NCBI GenBank assembly: GCA_030390025.1
Contig: CM059432.1
Span: 108,316,001-108,380,000, forward strand
DNA from: Squalus acanthias
Taxonomy: Eukaryota
DNA length: 64,000 bases
Direction of reading: 5' to 3'
Each line of letters begins with the position of its first letter. Within the stretch, counting starts at the first letter, position 1. Shown here in pieces: positions 63,265-64,000 of the stretch. Below the pieces are notes generated by a model. It was not told where the DNA came from, made no database searches, and saw only the letters and a list, made by a program, of their open reading frames with translations. Made by a program: the position numbers and the translations under genes.

Positions 63265-64000
63265 TCAATCTCTGTACACTCTTTGGGGCGGAGTTGCAGA
63301 ATTCTGGGGGAGTTTTCCGGACCCTCATAATATCCGGAAGGTTACAGTCTAGTTAAACTTATTAAAAGTGCTATCTGGAGGACGGTAACATCTTCAAGTC
63401 GTTCCTTTCCTTTAGGGAGAGATAGTCTGGACCTTTAGACCCAATTAAGTGTCTTATAGGATTCGGCTATCTCTAACTTTAGTTGAAGGTGAACGTCTGG
63501 GGAATACGCCTGATCCGGGGTAGCCCGAAAAGGGCTAGGACTAGTAATTATCCCTTCAGGCGGTAGGTGGTAATCAGCAGGAGGTTACCTTGCCCATGCT
63601 TGACCTGAAGCCATGAGACTTCATGGGGTCCGGAGTCAATGTTGACAACTCCCAGTAGCTTATTTCAGCTATCCATACCAAAGTCAACTATCCTGTGCAA
63701 AATCGAATGCATAATTACGTGACTTGCATCCCGCCATTTCTGCCTTGCCAATCTCTCCCTTTTAAAACCTGCTAATGATCCTCCTCTTCCATCAAGCATT
63801 TGCCCCATCCTTACCTTCTTTCTTACCCCATTGCCCGTTTTTACATAATGTGCACTATATAAATGCCAGTTGTTGCTGTTGCACGGTAAGTAACAATGGC
63901 TGCACTTTAAAGCACCTATTAAGTTAACTGGGCAAAGAAATTACATGTCTGATATTCAGTTGTTCCTGACACTTTTTGTAGAATTCAGAGAGATAGATCA

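Larger units (their letters stand above)
61352..63558 (+). mobile_element. Probable solo LTR (~1.43 kb after removing the nested MITE)
   Basis: TG...CA ends (TGTAAAGGAATA...TATCCCTTCA), 4-bp TSD GGCG at 61348-61351 and 63559-63562, TATAAAA at 62135, AATAAA at 62427. Confidence 0.8.
58989..63645 (-). mobile_element. LINE family B, decayed and internally deleted; hosts the fold-back element, solo LTR and MITE
   Basis: ORF 59268..60146 is RT. The APE segment matching 19020-19250 is split between 61190-61351 and 63559-63645. Confidence 0.9.

Noticed and set aside
63815..63860. Possible preceding VPS41 exon ending ..KK|gtaagg
   Set aside because: The translation (SAHYVKTGNGVRKK) does not match, and the segment is part of an L2/SINE-like tail.

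Overview
Eukaryotic, vertebrate genomic DNA. The repeat landscape (CR1 LINEs, Deu-domain SINEs, Penelope-like elements) suggests a cartilaginous fish such as a shark; this is inference. The window lies entirely inside one minus-strand gene, VPS41 (HOPS tethering complex subunit). I traced 16 consecutive coding exons by hand (51429 down to 3014, 1531 nt, about 510 codons, roughly human residues 151-660 recalled from memory). All have GT-AG boundaries and consistent phases. The neighbouring exons appear to lie outside the window. Nearly all other long ORFs in the track are decayed retroelement fragments from two CR1-group LINE families and L2. The introns hold a nested transposon record: Harbinger-like and hAT-like MITEs with target-site duplications (TSDs), a ~1.4 kb solo LTR with a 4-bp TSD, a decayed DIRS-like retrotransposon, and several locally templated insertions or inversions. 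The most unusual signal is a set of Penelope-like sequences carrying minimal hammerhead ribozyme motifs. These include two ~210-230 bp non-coding fold-back insertions from unrelated sequence families, each with a 13-14 bp TSD and a symmetry axis at the 5' edge of the hammerhead. No database search was run, so family names come from motif recognition.
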